DNA of 57,272 bases, filler included, from Sluysia triapertura (lineage: Eukaryota), in the NCBI GenBank assembly GCA_046118255.1. It is 4 parts of 4 records of this genome, joined end to end, with 100 filler letters (N's around TTAATTAATTAA, not from the genome) between each part and the next. Parts side by side here need not be neighbours in the genome. Positions count along the whole stretch, not along the records: positions 26,118 to 43,432 come from JBJNIA010189608.1; 3 more parts are not named here. One strand, given 5' to 3'. The stretch's first letter is position 1; each line of letters begins with the position of its first letter. Both the position numbers and the translations under genes were made by a program. Below, one piece after another: positions 26,118 to 41,146 of this stretch. A model generated the notes under the pieces. The model did no database searches, was not told the DNA's origin, and was given only the letters and a program-made list of their open reading frames with translations.

Positions 26118-27233
26118 CTAATTACGTTTATATTGTCATATTTCAACTATTTTATATCATTTTTCTTATATATTTTAAATTTTATACCATAATTGGACAA
26201 TCCCAACAAATTTGCAACAGAGCTTTTCGTCAAAACTCTTACTGATAATCATCCAAACCCTATAGGTATGTCGTTAATCGTAACATAAATCATACACTAT
26301 AAGTGGATCAATACACAAAATCTAATTTAGCTATACGAAATAAATACGTTGAGTTTTCACTTTTAAAATAAAAACCTTGCACAATGCATAATTTTTCTTG
26401 GTGAAGTGATATTAATTGATGGTGTAGAAACGTGTAGATATGAAGTGAATTTAATGAATTAAGTTGTAATATCACTTTAATGTTGTACAAAATATAAACT
26501 GTTTGAGTCTCTAGATCTACAGAATGAATTTGTTTAGAGTAACGTTATTATTGAATGGTTTAAAGTTGAAATATTTTATTGAATAATGTTGTCAAGTAAT
26601 TGATTGTAAAAGTCATGTGAAATATTATGCATAAAAAATTATTATATGATCTAGGAATATGTTAGCTATGTTATAAGGTCTAAGTTTATTGCATGATAAT
26701 TCTGAAATAAAATCAGATGCGATGAGTATAACCACAACTTTTATTGTTTATTTTGGGTGCAATGCGATTCTGTTTCCTAAATTGTTTTAGTTCAAGACCT
26801 AGGATTGTATGAAAAGTATTATAATTTTTCATATCATAAAATTTTGAATTCTGGCATTTTTTGGATGCTAAAGTATTCCCGGGTTAAATTCGTCATTAAC
26901 ATAGTACTTCGATTTACTATTGCAAAATAGATATTTAGGTATTTAATCTTAATAGATCATTTATATTATAATTTTCAAGTCAAAATTGTGATAAATTGAA
27001 GTTTCATTATTATTTTATAAAATCAATACGCAATTATTTATTAAAATTTTTGTTTTGATATTTTCAGAAATTTTACATATTATTCAAATTTTTAGGAATT
27101 TTAATTATTTCATATAATTTGTATTTTATACATTTTCTTTATTTGCATATAATTGTGGTATTTTGTAATGTTTTATTATAGTACTTTTTGATATTTAATT
27201 TTTTATGTTTGAAATATAATTTTTAATACTTAA

Positions 27234-30200
27234 ATGACTGATGCATTTTTAAATTATAATTGGGGTTCTACGTTGTTAACTATTGTTGCAAGAGGAAGTT
27301 CAATAATTTGTGAAATATGTAGATTAGCGGATTATATTCCTCATGAATATAAAACTCCGAAAAATGAATATTCAGAAATTTTATTTGACTTTTCTTATTT
27401 TAGTGCAACTGAAGCTTATGAGCATAAAATAGAATCTAAAACAGTAATTTTATTTATATTTTTACATTTTTAGGACCTTCAAGAATTAGATGAAAAATTT
27501 AGAGATAATCATATTCAACTACTTGAAAGATTTTATAGGTTATTTGAGAGTATCCATAAATACATTAGTGACTTAAACCAGTAATTATATATGTAATATT
27601 TATATTCTTTAGTTTTCTTGTGGGCTTAGAAGATGGTCATTTTGTGCAACACGATTTAGTGTCAGTTATGCAGGATGGAGATGGGAAACAATTAATGGTA
27701 AAAACTTCTTTAAAATATTAGATTATTTTAGTGTGAAGCATTGTATTTATATGGTTCAATGTTGTTATTAATTGACCAAAATATTGACGGATTAATTCGA
27801 GAAAAGATTCTTGTTTCTTTTTTTAGATATAGGTATAATATATGAATAAATTATAAATCATGTAGTTCAAAACAGTCAAATTTAGATTCTAACACAGAGG
27901 ATGTTTGTGGATTACTTAGAAGTACTGGTTATAGTATTACTTTACCATCAAATAAAAGACCTTCTGAATATCCTGAATCTTTTTTTAAGTAATAAACTTG
28001 TTTTGTTTACGCTTAATTTAGACGCACACTTGTTGATGCCCGTTATGTTTCAATGGTGTTAGATAAACTTCGTAGTGATGATTTTTATCATCAAACTCTA
28101 GCTTATCCTATGCCTGAACACCGCAGTGTTGCTCGTGCTACTCAAGCTAATATGTTATATGTGTGCTTATTTTTTTCACCACATGTTCTTCACAATGAAG
28201 CCTCACAAATGCGTGAAATTGTTGATAAACACTTTTCAGATAATTGGGTTTTAGGTGGTTATATGGGTCACACAGTAAATTTAGTTGATATTTGGTCACC
28301 TTATAAAGCAGCTAGCAATGCATTGGCAAATACAATTGAGGTTATTTGATGTGATTATTCTCTTGTCAAATGATTTAAAATATTAAAAGATATAAAATGA
28401 GATATTAAATAAACTAAAATGATAGAGTGTATTATAAATGTTATAATATTAAATTATATATATAATAAGATATTCTAAATGTAAATCCATTTTTCTACAT
28501 ATTACAAAACATTAATTTCAAAAAATAACAAATAAAGTTTAGCTCATTTAATAAAAACTAAATATTGCTTATTTATTTGTTTTATTCATAATAAAGGTTA
28601 TGAACTATTTGAGAACCTATGGGAACTAAATTATCTCAAAATGCAAATCATAACTTTAATTTCGTTTGTAATTCGTTTACTTTCTGTATTCCGTATTCTT
28701 CAGTTTTGAAAATTCACTGTCTAAGTATGATTTGCGTTTATAAGCTAGCAACTGAACTAGTAAAAGTATCAAAATTGTGGTAGTAATGTGTGTTTATATT
28801 GACCTTTAAGATACTTATAAATGGGTTTATAAAGTATGTATGAAGTCTGTCATTGAAACGCAGGTCACGTAAAAATAAGTATTTTGCAGATTTGTGTGGA
28901 GAGCAGGGATCGTTATAGATAGGATGTGAATTGAATGTACGGTGTTTGTATTGCTAGGCACTGTTTAGTTCCATAGGTTTCGTTTGTCTTGTTAGTCGGA
29001 TTTTTGCTGATTTTACTGAATCACCAAAACAACGCGGCGAAGCATAACCTCACATTCAGTGTTAATTACATATGCAATATGCCACAAACTTAAGAGCACA
29101 ATAATATATAAGATTTAGAAAATATTTATATAATAATAAATACATTTATGAAATAAGTCTTATTTTATATTTTAATCACGATAAATAAGTATACTATATA
29201 AATAACTCTACTATTATAATCTTTCAAAATAAAAGCTATCATTATTTTAGAGCATTTTTGAATATCTAGCGTTTGTAAATTATTTAGTGTTTAGATGATT
29301 CAAAGTACTATTCTCTTTCATTTGAAGAATTGTAAAATTTATCCTTATGTTATACTGATTGAAATGAAAAAAATTATTGTAAATTCAACGTGTGGAAGTA
29401 CATGCGTTCAAAATAATTGAAAGATCTTTTATCGGATTTTACAAAAATAAAGTCACCTGGAAAACCTCTACATATATCGAAGAAAATAAAAAGTTACCAA
29501 GTATTTCAAAAGTTCAGAAAGAACTATTCCACTGCTAGAAACAATGAAAGTAAAAAATAGAAATTTCGTATTAGGTGATGTAAAGTATATTTACACAAAA
29601 ACCTCTCAACATGAAACTATTAAATTTAACGATTAAAAGATGTCCGATTAAACCCTTTTGATCATTATTTTTCTACCGATATGATCCAAGACAGGAAAAC
29701 ATCTTTATTCAAATAAATAAATTTAGTATCAAAATTATAGTATAAGGAGTTTTGAATTTCAGAAATGGTTTGGTTTCAAGATTTGTTAATAAAACTATAA
29801 TTCATGATGGAAAATTTCACTTTTCATTTCTTACTGAATATGTTTTTCAATTGCTTTAAAAAAATGATTACGACGCAAAAATATCCGATATTTAGATTGG
29901 ACTATTATACCAGCAGATTTAAATAAAATTGAAAATAATAAATAAAGATGTACAGAATTTGTATGAAGTTTTTTAGTTAGATGCTATTTTTTTAATATAA
30001 ATGAGATTTATTTCATTTTTTAAAAGTTCTCTGAGTTTTTTAGTAATGTTTTTCTAAAGATTATAAACAGTTTTATGTTTTATCATCTATTTGACTTAGA
30101 ATTTATGAAACTAGATAAGTTCTGGTAAGAGTTTGAATCGAATTTTTAAAAGTTTTACAATCCGATGCCATATGCCTGCTTAGGAAGTTCACATTTAAGT

Positions 30201-33200
30201 TATATTTGAACCCCTAAAAATTGGGATCATTTTAAATTGTCATTTTTTTGAAAAATTTAAACCAATGTTATAAATCTAATATAATAAATAATATCATTAA
30301 CTTCGATTTAAATTTAAAATTTATCGAGTAAATTAAAACAATGATGAAGACTATTTTTTAAAAATAATTTATGGAATATTGAAACTATTATTTTCCTAGC
30401 ATAATAATGTGAAAAATTTGGCCAAAATGCATGCAACAATGCTGACTCAAAAACTTTTGCCAGCTATGGAGCGATTACTTGCAGAGGGAGTACTCGTCCG
30501 TTCTTTTGTACTCGATAAAATATCGAAATTAATGAATCGTATGCGTGATTGTAATGTGACATTACGTTGGCTTATGTTACATACAGCCGAACTTAATGCT
30601 AGTGGTCAAACAAATAAAAAATGTGTTGCTTTACGACAAATTGTGATTAATACAGCGAATGGTTGTATATCTAATGCAGCTTGCTCTGGGATTGAGAAAG
30701 AAACATTACGCTTGCTTATTCTCACCTCTCAGTTTGAATTACGCTTAGGAGATTGTTTAAGAGACATTTTGGGTTTGTTTTTTTATATTATTTTCATTGT
30801 TATACTTCAATATTTAATATCTGTGTCAACATTTATTTGCAAGTTCTTCATAAGATTGTGATGATCTTAGAAGGTCATCTACAAAAGATGGTCTTTCTGA
30901 ACATTGAGTCTCTTCGAATTTTCATTTCTGGTTAGAAATTATTGGTTCTAGTTTTCTGATATACTTAAATCGCCTAAGGCTCTACACATTCTCTGCGCCT
31001 TTAATAACATGTAATCCTGAATTTTATTGGTATAAATATTAAATTAGATAATATGAATGGAATATTTTGAAACATCCTACAAAAAATAAAAGAGTATTAC
31101 TTTTATAAGTTAAATTTGAAAAACCGCTAAACAAATATATTAATGTTAAAATAAATTAATAATTAGTTTTTAAACAAAACTTCATTAATGTCAACTTATA
31201 ATATCTACAAGAAAGAGAGAGAACAACTGTATCATCCAAAGATAATAGTTGATGTTCCAAAAACGGAAAAGGGCTAAAAATCCAATCAATGACAAGGTGA
31301 CAACGCAATTTTTCACATGTTTTTACAAAAACGAAGCATGGGTCAACCTGTCTCGGGTCCGTTATTGTGCGAGAAAGCTTTGTATTTTAACAAAGAAATT
31401 GACAATAATGAAAGCTTTAAAGGCAGTCAAGGGTAGTTGAGGAAATTTAAATTGAGACACTGAATGCGGGAATTAGAAATCCACGGAGAAAAACTTTCAT
31501 CAGATTTTGCTTCAGCGGAAAAATTCAAAACTGATTTTAACTCATTTATTATACGCGAGAAATATGATGAAATTTTATTTACAATGCTGATGAGTCTAGT
31601 TTATATTCTAGTTTATATTTGAAAGTTCTTTCTAACAGGTCTCTGACATCAAGAAATGAAGAGAAAGCTCCTGAATATAAAGTAAGCAAAGATAGTGTTA
31701 CAATAATGGTATACAATAACTCGAGTGTACGTAATCAGCTTCCGTTGATCTTAATTTATGTTTTAAAAACATCATGTCTCTAACAATAGTCTACACTAGT
31801 CAAAACAGAGGATGAGTGAATTCTTTCATTGGTTTGAAAAAGTTTTCATTTCTGGTGTAAAATATTCGAAAAGTGATGGAAAAGTTGGTAATGTATTATT
31901 GTTATTAGATAATGCGCTGTCACACTCATCTGAAGATGTTTTAAATTAATGTTTAAATTAATATTTTTTCCACCGAATGTTACATCAATCCTTCAGTCAA
32001 TGGGCCAAGGTGTAACTGCTACGATTAAGCGTAATTATCGTAAAGAACTTCGAAAGTTTTTGTTGCACGATGATGAAGTAGAACTGATTTCCAAAGTAAT
32101 TAGTTTAAAAGATTGTTGCTATATGATAGTTGAAACATGGAATATGGTTGCTGATATAAACTTTACTCCGTTGGAACAAACTAATGGTTATAAATGATGT
32201 TGAAAGTGATGGTAATGAAGTATTTGATATTAAATATACAGAAAAATTTAGTAGGCTTCGTAAAAGGAATTACAGGATATTCTGACTGTAAATTACTAGA
32301 TGTTAAAGAGTGGATAGAATATGATCAGTTTGATTCTGGTTTTCAATGGTGATGAAATTGTAATTATAATAAATGTTATAATTGGGAGACACTATTAGGT
32401 AATGAACGTAAAGTGAAAGGTGATACACCAAGTAATGCAGAAGAGTTCTATTCAGTGCAATTGCTTTGTTTAAAAATAATTCTGGTTTTAGCGGCGCATA
32501 AAAGATATTCCTCATTAAAGAAAAAATCAATGACAAACTATTTCAATTAAAACAGATAAGTTTTTTTCAAAACGGAAAATATTTTTGGTTAACTAATATA
32601 AATAATTGAAATTCGACTTCTATACTGATAACCCACAACAATCAAAATTTAATGTATAAATATAACTAAAACTTCGAAATATATTTCATTTACAAATTTA
32701 GTTACATTGAGCTGAATAAAATCTAATTTAATTTCTTAGAGAGTCGTCAAGTTAATTGGAATCAACTTCGTGACGAAAGTGTAGGTAGAATGACTGAACT
32801 TGCAGAAGTATTTAGCGGAACTCGAGCGTTAGCACGAGTACAAAAAAACGAAAAATTACAAAAGTGGTTTGAAAAATTGGCTGATCAAATTCGAAATCTG
32901 AATCCAGAGCCGGATCAAACTACAAATGATCATGATAATTCCAGCCAAAGTGGATCTCTTTTATTTAATCAATCTGCAACAGCTGCAGGTTTGTTTTAAA
33001 TAGCAAACGTAACTAGCAATTTTTAATAAATAAACATTTATTTTTTAAATATATTTATATATTTATCATAATTAAAACGAAAAAAATTGAATACATTATA
33101 GAAACTATAAGTCATTAATTCATTATCCGCCAATGTCATATTTTTGGGACACGTTCAAATTTTTTTATTTAATAACTGAAACTTCTATGTAAAATAAAAA

Positions 33201-34542
33201 AATAATGAGATCGTATCAGGTTCTGCATGAAAAATATTAAAAACAATAATAGTAGTTCGAGTTGATTATTATGAGTGTCACTAAAGAGTAAATTTAATTT
33301 TTTTGTGTTTTTGAATTGCAGACGATAATAAGTTAAAATATCGAATTTAAATATAAATTAAAATTTAATTAAATTTTTACATTTACATGTTCCTTAACCC
33401 TTTGCGGTCTTTGTCGAGGCAAATATTACATAAATATAACAAACGTAATTAAATTAATAAATAAATAATTTAAATTCGATTTGAGTATGTTTTTTTTGAG
33501 TCAGGCGTTTAATTGTGAAAATTGTGTTTTTGCTAGAATTAAAAAGGACCTGTAGAGGATTCAATGGAAATAAAATAGCATCGCAAAGGGTTAATTATTT
33601 TACCATTTGTTTCAGGTAGAACACTTGAACAATTGACTCAAGCTCTCAAAGAAGTTTTGGAATATCATCAATTAGATACCAATGTAGTAGTGCGACAATT
33701 TATACAAGAAACATGTTCCAACCTCCAACAAATGATGCGCCTACTACATTTGCAGGATCGTTTGTTATTGGATTTAAGTATTTGTGGTGATGTTGGCTAT
33801 GCACTCAAAATAGTAGATCGTTATACTTGCTTTATGCAAGAGGGACTTACTAAGTACGTTAGTTAAGCATTTGCTAGATTTAAATAGTTTAAAGAATTTT
33901 TATAATGTAATTAAATTATAAAAAGTTATAATGTCCCAAATATTTTGATCTGTCGTTTTATTTTACTTAACCTGAACTGCACTATCGAATATTTGAATAT
34001 CATCATATATAATGATCGCCATCATGTAAATAATATGTAGAGTCAAAACCAAAAAGAATGCATTCCCAATAAATTGGCACATTTAAACACCCACGCTACA
34101 CCAACAACATACAATTACATTTTCACATTTTCTCACACTCATCACAATAATATCCTTTACAGAATCTGCACGCTTATTAATTCATACAAAATTACGCATT
34201 TATAGCAATCATCATACAACGATTTACATATCCACTATATTCTTATTACGTATTAATAACTATAATTATTATTAATTGTAATTTATAATAATTGTATTAT
34301 TGTTATTGCTGTTTTTGTAACAAATGCTCCTTTTAGAGTTTAAAATTATTATTATTGCGGTTTCCCAATATTATGGCTACTCGAAAATCTTCGTTTGGAT
34401 TCAACGATTTGGATTCATATTTATTATTTGAGTGTCACACAGTCCTATGTTTATTATATTATTTTAAATTTATAATCATATCTATTATTTTATTATTATA
34501 GTTACTGCAACTATTTTTATTTTATAATGTTTTAAATATTAA

Positions 34543-34574
<32 letters not shown>

Positions 34575-37500
34575 ATTTTTATATTTTTTATTTTTATATT
34601 GTTTTTTTCTATTATATATTTTTTAAAGAATTAAAAAAATACGGTTAGACAAGGAAAAGTTTAAAATATTATTCGAGTATATATATAATGTGATCGGTTC
34701 ACACTCCATCTTTTCGTGAAGATAATCTAAATTTGTCAGAAGTTGATAGTCTTATGCATGCAGCAAAAATTATTAAAAATTTAAAAATGTTGATAACTAT
34801 ATGTTTACTAATTATACACTTCTGAGAATAGAAAATGATTTAATTATGTAATCTTATGAAGATTATTAAATGCGATTTGAAACGAGATGGTTCACATCAA
34901 GAATCAGATAATGATAAATTTAATTTAGTTTTATATTTTTCCATTAATGTTAAAATCGTATACGGAACGTTTAGACACAATTGATAAGCTTAAACGATTG
35001 CTATATGAAGTACATTATCATTACGCAGAATTAGATATTATTAAATCTACGCTATGTATTGCACCTACTGAGAGAATAAGTTACAAATAATCTTATTACC
35101 TTCGGAGATTATTTGGGTGTATACATTTTTGAAAAAGTTCAACGTTGCTACGTTTTATTTTAATAAAATTAAAATTGATTGAAATTTGTTCGAAAAAAAT
35201 TTGTGTGTGATCCAACTTATTAATCTTAATTTTATTATGTGTCATTCAATAACAAAACTTTTATTTACACCATAAACAATAAAATTATTACTTTAAGACA
35301 CAAATTACTTTACACTTAAAATTTTTAAACTTTTCAACGAGTTTTTTAACAATAATTATGATTATAAAAATTCCCAAAAGTTCTATGGGTTTACAAACGA
35401 TATTGAAATTGTAAATTAATATTTCGCAAAAGTCTTCGCAATTAACGATTGTGATGGCATCATAGTCTGTAGTCAATACTTTCAAATATTTGAATTCTAA
35501 CCCAACAAAAGATTGTGTACATAAAGCTTACATACTTGGACTACAATCATCTTTACTCATTCATGATGATACTATGGATCACTCTAAATTACGAAGAAGT
35601 GAATGTTGTTGGTACTTAATTGGTGAAGACGCCTGACTTGAAAAAGATCATTATAAATGATGGGTGCATTTAAAAATTATATTTATGTCGAAATAATTGA
35701 ATTGTTTAATGAAATACTGAATAAAACATACAGTCAATGTTTAAATGTGCTTCCACCAATCGATAAAAATAAGTAGGAAGATTATTTAAAATTAGTAATG
35801 GCAGATTCAGTAAATCTGAAAATTGTAGAAAACATTCTGCTGATAAAATTGAAAAGAATTAGAGATGCTGTCTGATGTAGTGATATGAATAACGAAAGCA
35901 GAAATGATCATAAATATCAAAATGATAAAAGTTTGCTTATATATCTTCAGATTTTCTGTAATGTTGACAAGTTTTGAGTAGTATTCACTACTTATTTTAA
36001 CATTGGATGATATAAAATCAAGAATCGTGTTATTTGATTAATGAATATACATAGAAAGAGGAGTTTCATCCATCGTCACGATATTATCTAATTTCTTTTC
36101 AGCACTCAAATATCCAAAGTGTCAAATTTTTAAAAGGGTTTCTGTATTTTAATCGGCAAACGTAAATTAAAATGGGAATAATGTTTCAATACAAATTTTA
36201 TCTAACAAAATCTACCTGTTCAAACTTAAACATAAGTTGCATCTAATAATGTTCTTGAATTTATATTGATCTTCCAGATTTTTCTAAACTTAATACTGAT
36301 GCGTTATAGCTTTGTTACGATGGAAATTGAGTTTCTTTAAATAACTTATCACATATTTTTTGTTGCGCATCAGCACATTTCGATATTGCATCTATTATAG
36401 ATTATAATATTAAATTTGATTTTTTGAATAAGATTATTTCATAGGTCGTTTAAGGACAAATATTATGAAAAGTAATGATTTGGGTAGAAATTATTAAAGT
36501 ATATTTAATATGCTTCCAGTTGTATCTCTTTTTGTGTTTTTATGCTTTGTTTTCAGTAAAAAAATTTTGTGTTTAGACATGTTTCTCCAGTAGAAATGCA
36601 ACTTTCACTTTGCTGTAGTACTGGAACGAACACTTACTTATGCTTATGAAAAGATAGAACGAAATAATATAAAATTAAGAGCAATGTTGTATAAGAAAAT
36701 ATGAGAAAATAATGATAATGATAATATTTTTCCATCTTAAATAAGAATTTGTTATTTTTAAATACAATTTAATTAATGATATTAATTTATGTAGAGATCC
36801 ATTCGTTGCAATTCAGTTGCGCGCTGTATTTCTAAAGCTTGCTTCTAGTTTAGATTCACCTCTTATACGTCTTAACCAGTGCAACAGTCGTGACCTCATA
36901 TCAGTTACCCAGTATTATTCAAGTGACCTTGTTCAGTACGTTCGACGTGTGCTTCAAATAATCCCGAAAACCATGTTCTTGAAAATGGAACGAATTGTTC
37001 AGTTGCAAACCAATCAATTAAAAGAATTGCCAACTCGGTTGGATAAAGATAAAATCAAGGACTTCGTTCAGTACGAATATCGAAGTCAAGTTTCTCGACT
37101 CACTCATGATATTTCTATATTTACTCAAGGTGTTTTAATGATGAAAACTACCCTTGTTGGGATTATTGAGGTAAATAGTCTCAATATTTCAAATANNNNN
37201 NNNNNNNNNNNNNNNNNNNNNNNNNNNNNNNNNNNNNNNNNNNNNNNNNNNNNNNNNNNNNNNNNNNNNNNNNNNNNNNNNNNNNNNNNNNNNNNNNNNN
37301 NNNNNNNNNNNNNNNNNNNNNNNNAGAATAATTTTTTTACAGGCAAATTAACAATAGCTAATACAGTTGAGGCTGGTTAGATAAGAGTTAATAATCGATT
37401 TTAATTTAAGAAATTGCAATAAAGCACAATTCTAATCTATATTTTGTAATTACGTTATTCTCGTAATTTAATTTTCTATCTTTTAAAAAAGATAACTTAG

Positions 37501-40500
37501 TTCATTTTCTGTCTAAATGAAAATTTAATCAGCACTTATAGTGTTACATTTTTGACTCTAACTTATAGTTATGGTAATTTTCTATATTTATGATATAATT
37601 CGCACGATCTTCAATTCTTTGTAACTAATAATATTTAATAATTATATTATTTAGCTTGATCCACATAAATTACTAGAAGATGGTATACGAAAGGAACTTA
37701 TTCTGAATGTTTCTAATGCATTTGAATCTAACCTAATTTTCAATAGTAAAGTTAAAGTGAGTTGAGTTTAATAAAATTCAGGATTTGTTATTTATTAACT
37801 TTTTTATAATTTAGCCAAATGAACTAGAAATGAAACTCGAAGAATTGGCTAACGTGATGAGTGGATATAGACGATCATTTGAATATATACAAGATTATAT
37901 TAATATATATGGATTAAAGATGTGGCGTGAAGAAGTTTCAAGGATCATTAATTTTTACGTGGAACGAGAATGTAATGTCTTTACGAAAATTAAAGTAAAA
38001 TTTTCTTTTTGAAAGTAAAAAATAATGCATTTGGTTATTTATATAAATTATTTTTCTTGTTTAATTATTTTTAACAAGTATCTGTTTCCATTATATACCT
38101 AAAATAAAACACTTGCTTTTGTATAATTTTTTTATAAAATTATAATATTTTCACAAAATTGTTTTATTTTTGATTATAATATAGTGTAGCTATTCATTTA
38201 TTTTTACTTGTAAGTACATCACTTGGCACGAATAATTATCAAGTGCATTTGATAGTTTAATGTCATTTTATACTTATCAGTCAATATTGTTCATATCAGT
38301 TAATGTGCATTTTATGTTTCGTTTCTTTTCAACAAATGAACGTGTTTAGAAAAAAATTTGGCAGCAGCTCATTAGATGAAAGCAGTATTTTGTAGTCCAC
38401 TGTTGTTTAATATTCACTCTACATTAAATATAGATCTTGTAAATATATTATGAACCTTCGAACTCCGCTGACACTACACATGGAAAACACCGAATTACCC
38501 AGAAAATTGAATAATTTATTTAATTGTAATATTATACGTTAATTGTTTTTTTAAAGTTGAATTAATTGTTCACCTGATTTAATCACTAAATAATGTTTAT
38601 ACAATGTTTGTATTTTAAAAGAATTTTATATTGATGAAGTAAACCTTTTACGTCTGGCAGTGATTTTAGTGAAGCTTCTCTTGCTTAATGGATCGTTGCA
38701 TATGTTTTCTGTAATTATTAAGTTAGCAATATCGAATTAATTTTTCATTTTTTTCTGTTATTTTACAATAGCTTTACTTTCAGTGTAATATTAATTTTCA
38801 ACTTCTCTAGCTTGAATATTTTTAATTTAAGTATAACAAGTATAATGCTTTTAAATTTTAATGTCATAGTACTTCTACTTATTCTGCCTAATCTTTAATT
38901 GAAAATAATTTTTATCCAATCTAATGTCTTAAATTTTGATTACATATCATCTCTATTTAATTCTATTTTAAATGATTTTATTTACTGTGATAGTAAGATT
39001 TGGTGTATATAAATTTTGATTTCATGTTGACTTTATATGATCTCAATTTAAATTGATTGTTTATATAATTTCGATTTAAAATGATTGTTATTTGTTACTA
39101 AATTTTGAATTTATATTACATTTTTGTAATCTCAATTTAAATTAGTTATTTTATACAAAGTATTATGATCTCAATAATTTTTATTAATTAATAATGATTT
39201 TAATTATTAGCATGATTTTAAAAATTAACATGATTTTAAAATTAAAATTAAAATGAGCATGATATTTTTATTCAGAGTATATTAATGAAATTTACTTATT
39301 CGCTTTTATATTATAAATATTTTCGTTTATCAAATTTTTCTATACCATTAAGTTAATAAAACAAACATTAATATTTTTTCAGGATTTATGCTTGAAAAAT
39401 ATTTTTATTCAGATACCAGAATATCTTAGTCAATATCAATCTAAAACCATTCCTATACCTATTTTTTTACCAAAGGACGAAAATGTATCTTTTATCGGTA
39501 GACTAATTAGTCAATTATTAAAAGTGACTGATCCGAGGTTTATCTTTATTTTCATACAATTTATAAATAACTATTTATTGTGTACGTATATGTATTGAAC
39601 ATCAAATAATATTTTAAAATAATAATATATTAAAAATTATTTTTATAATTTTTTAAGTTTTGCTTAATAATATGTTCATAAAATTATTTTATTTGTCGGA
39701 TGCCTACTTAATTTCATTAAGTCAACATTTTTGTTACAAGCTTTGTTTAGAACACATCTAAACACGGAAGATTCGAACAATTTTCTTTGAATTATAATTT
39801 TTATGTATAATTTTTTCACAATAGATAATAAAATTAAATCATTTTAATTACAGAACTGTTTCTTATTTGCCACACTTGCATACATGGTACGACATTAAAA
39901 CTAAAGCTGAAATTTTAAATTTGAAAATATTCAGTAAATTAGAGGTTATTTATATTTGTATATATTTTATTACATTTATTTAAAATTTAAGAAAAGTTAT
40001 TACTTTACGTGCTAATATTATTAAGAGTAGTCTTTGTGTTTAAAATACGGTTAGTAACTTTTGCTTTATATTGTGAGTTATTTATGAGCTCATCTGTGAT
40101 GATAGATGTTCAAGACTTAGTAGTTAAATTAAGTTAAAGATACACGTCTTTATACTCAAAATATAAATTAGACGCTAAGATATATCTATTTGAATTAATA
40201 AGTACAAATATTTTGTATAATAAATATTATGAATTTTATTAGATATTGTATCTACTATCACTACAAATATATCTGTGATTATTCAAAATATCTGTTATTA
40301 AAAAATGTACAAACATTTACAACCAGTTTATCAACACTCTTTCGATATTTCTATGTAATTTAATACTAATCCAATAAGGGCGTTGTCAATTTTATTCTGA
40401 TATTTTATAAGTGTGATATATTATTATATGATTAATAAATTCTTGAATTTCATGCTACATAAATTTCTCTAGTTAATTTCTTTTAGTTATACGATTTTCG

Positions 40501-41099
40501 TGATAATATGGCCAATTTCATTTATAATTTTCTTTAATATTGGTTTCATAATTTTGTCTTATTTATTCTTTCAAATGAATGTGTTGGCTTGTATTTGCAT
40601 GTATTTGTTAGTACTCGATTTTTCATTTTACTAAGATCGCATGTTTTTTTATTGTGATGCTTCTGTTTAATCCGTTATCTTCTCTTCCCAGTAATTAATA
40701 TAGTGAGTTCCATTTCATCTTGATATTCTATTTTGGATTTTCTTAAATTTATTGTATCTTATATTTTTATTTCGATTTCAGAATTTTAAAGCTATTTCGT
40801 ATTTCAACTTTATTTTATTAAGATATGTTTTAAATTATAAAAAAAATTATCACAAAAATTATATAAATTTTACAATTTATCATTTTAAATTTTTTTATTT
40901 ATAGGGTGCATTTAATAGTTTCGGATTAGCTAGTATAGATCGCCTTCTAGGTTTACTTGTAGTTAATGAATTGAATCAATACTTGAAATTTATCAATCGT
41001 ATTTTGAAAGAAGAAAAAATCGTTAAAATTTTCGAGGATTTTTTGAAGACAATCAATCCTGTTTCCAAGATAAGTCGTAAGCTACTATTGCTATTATTA

Positions 41100-41146
<47 letters not shown>

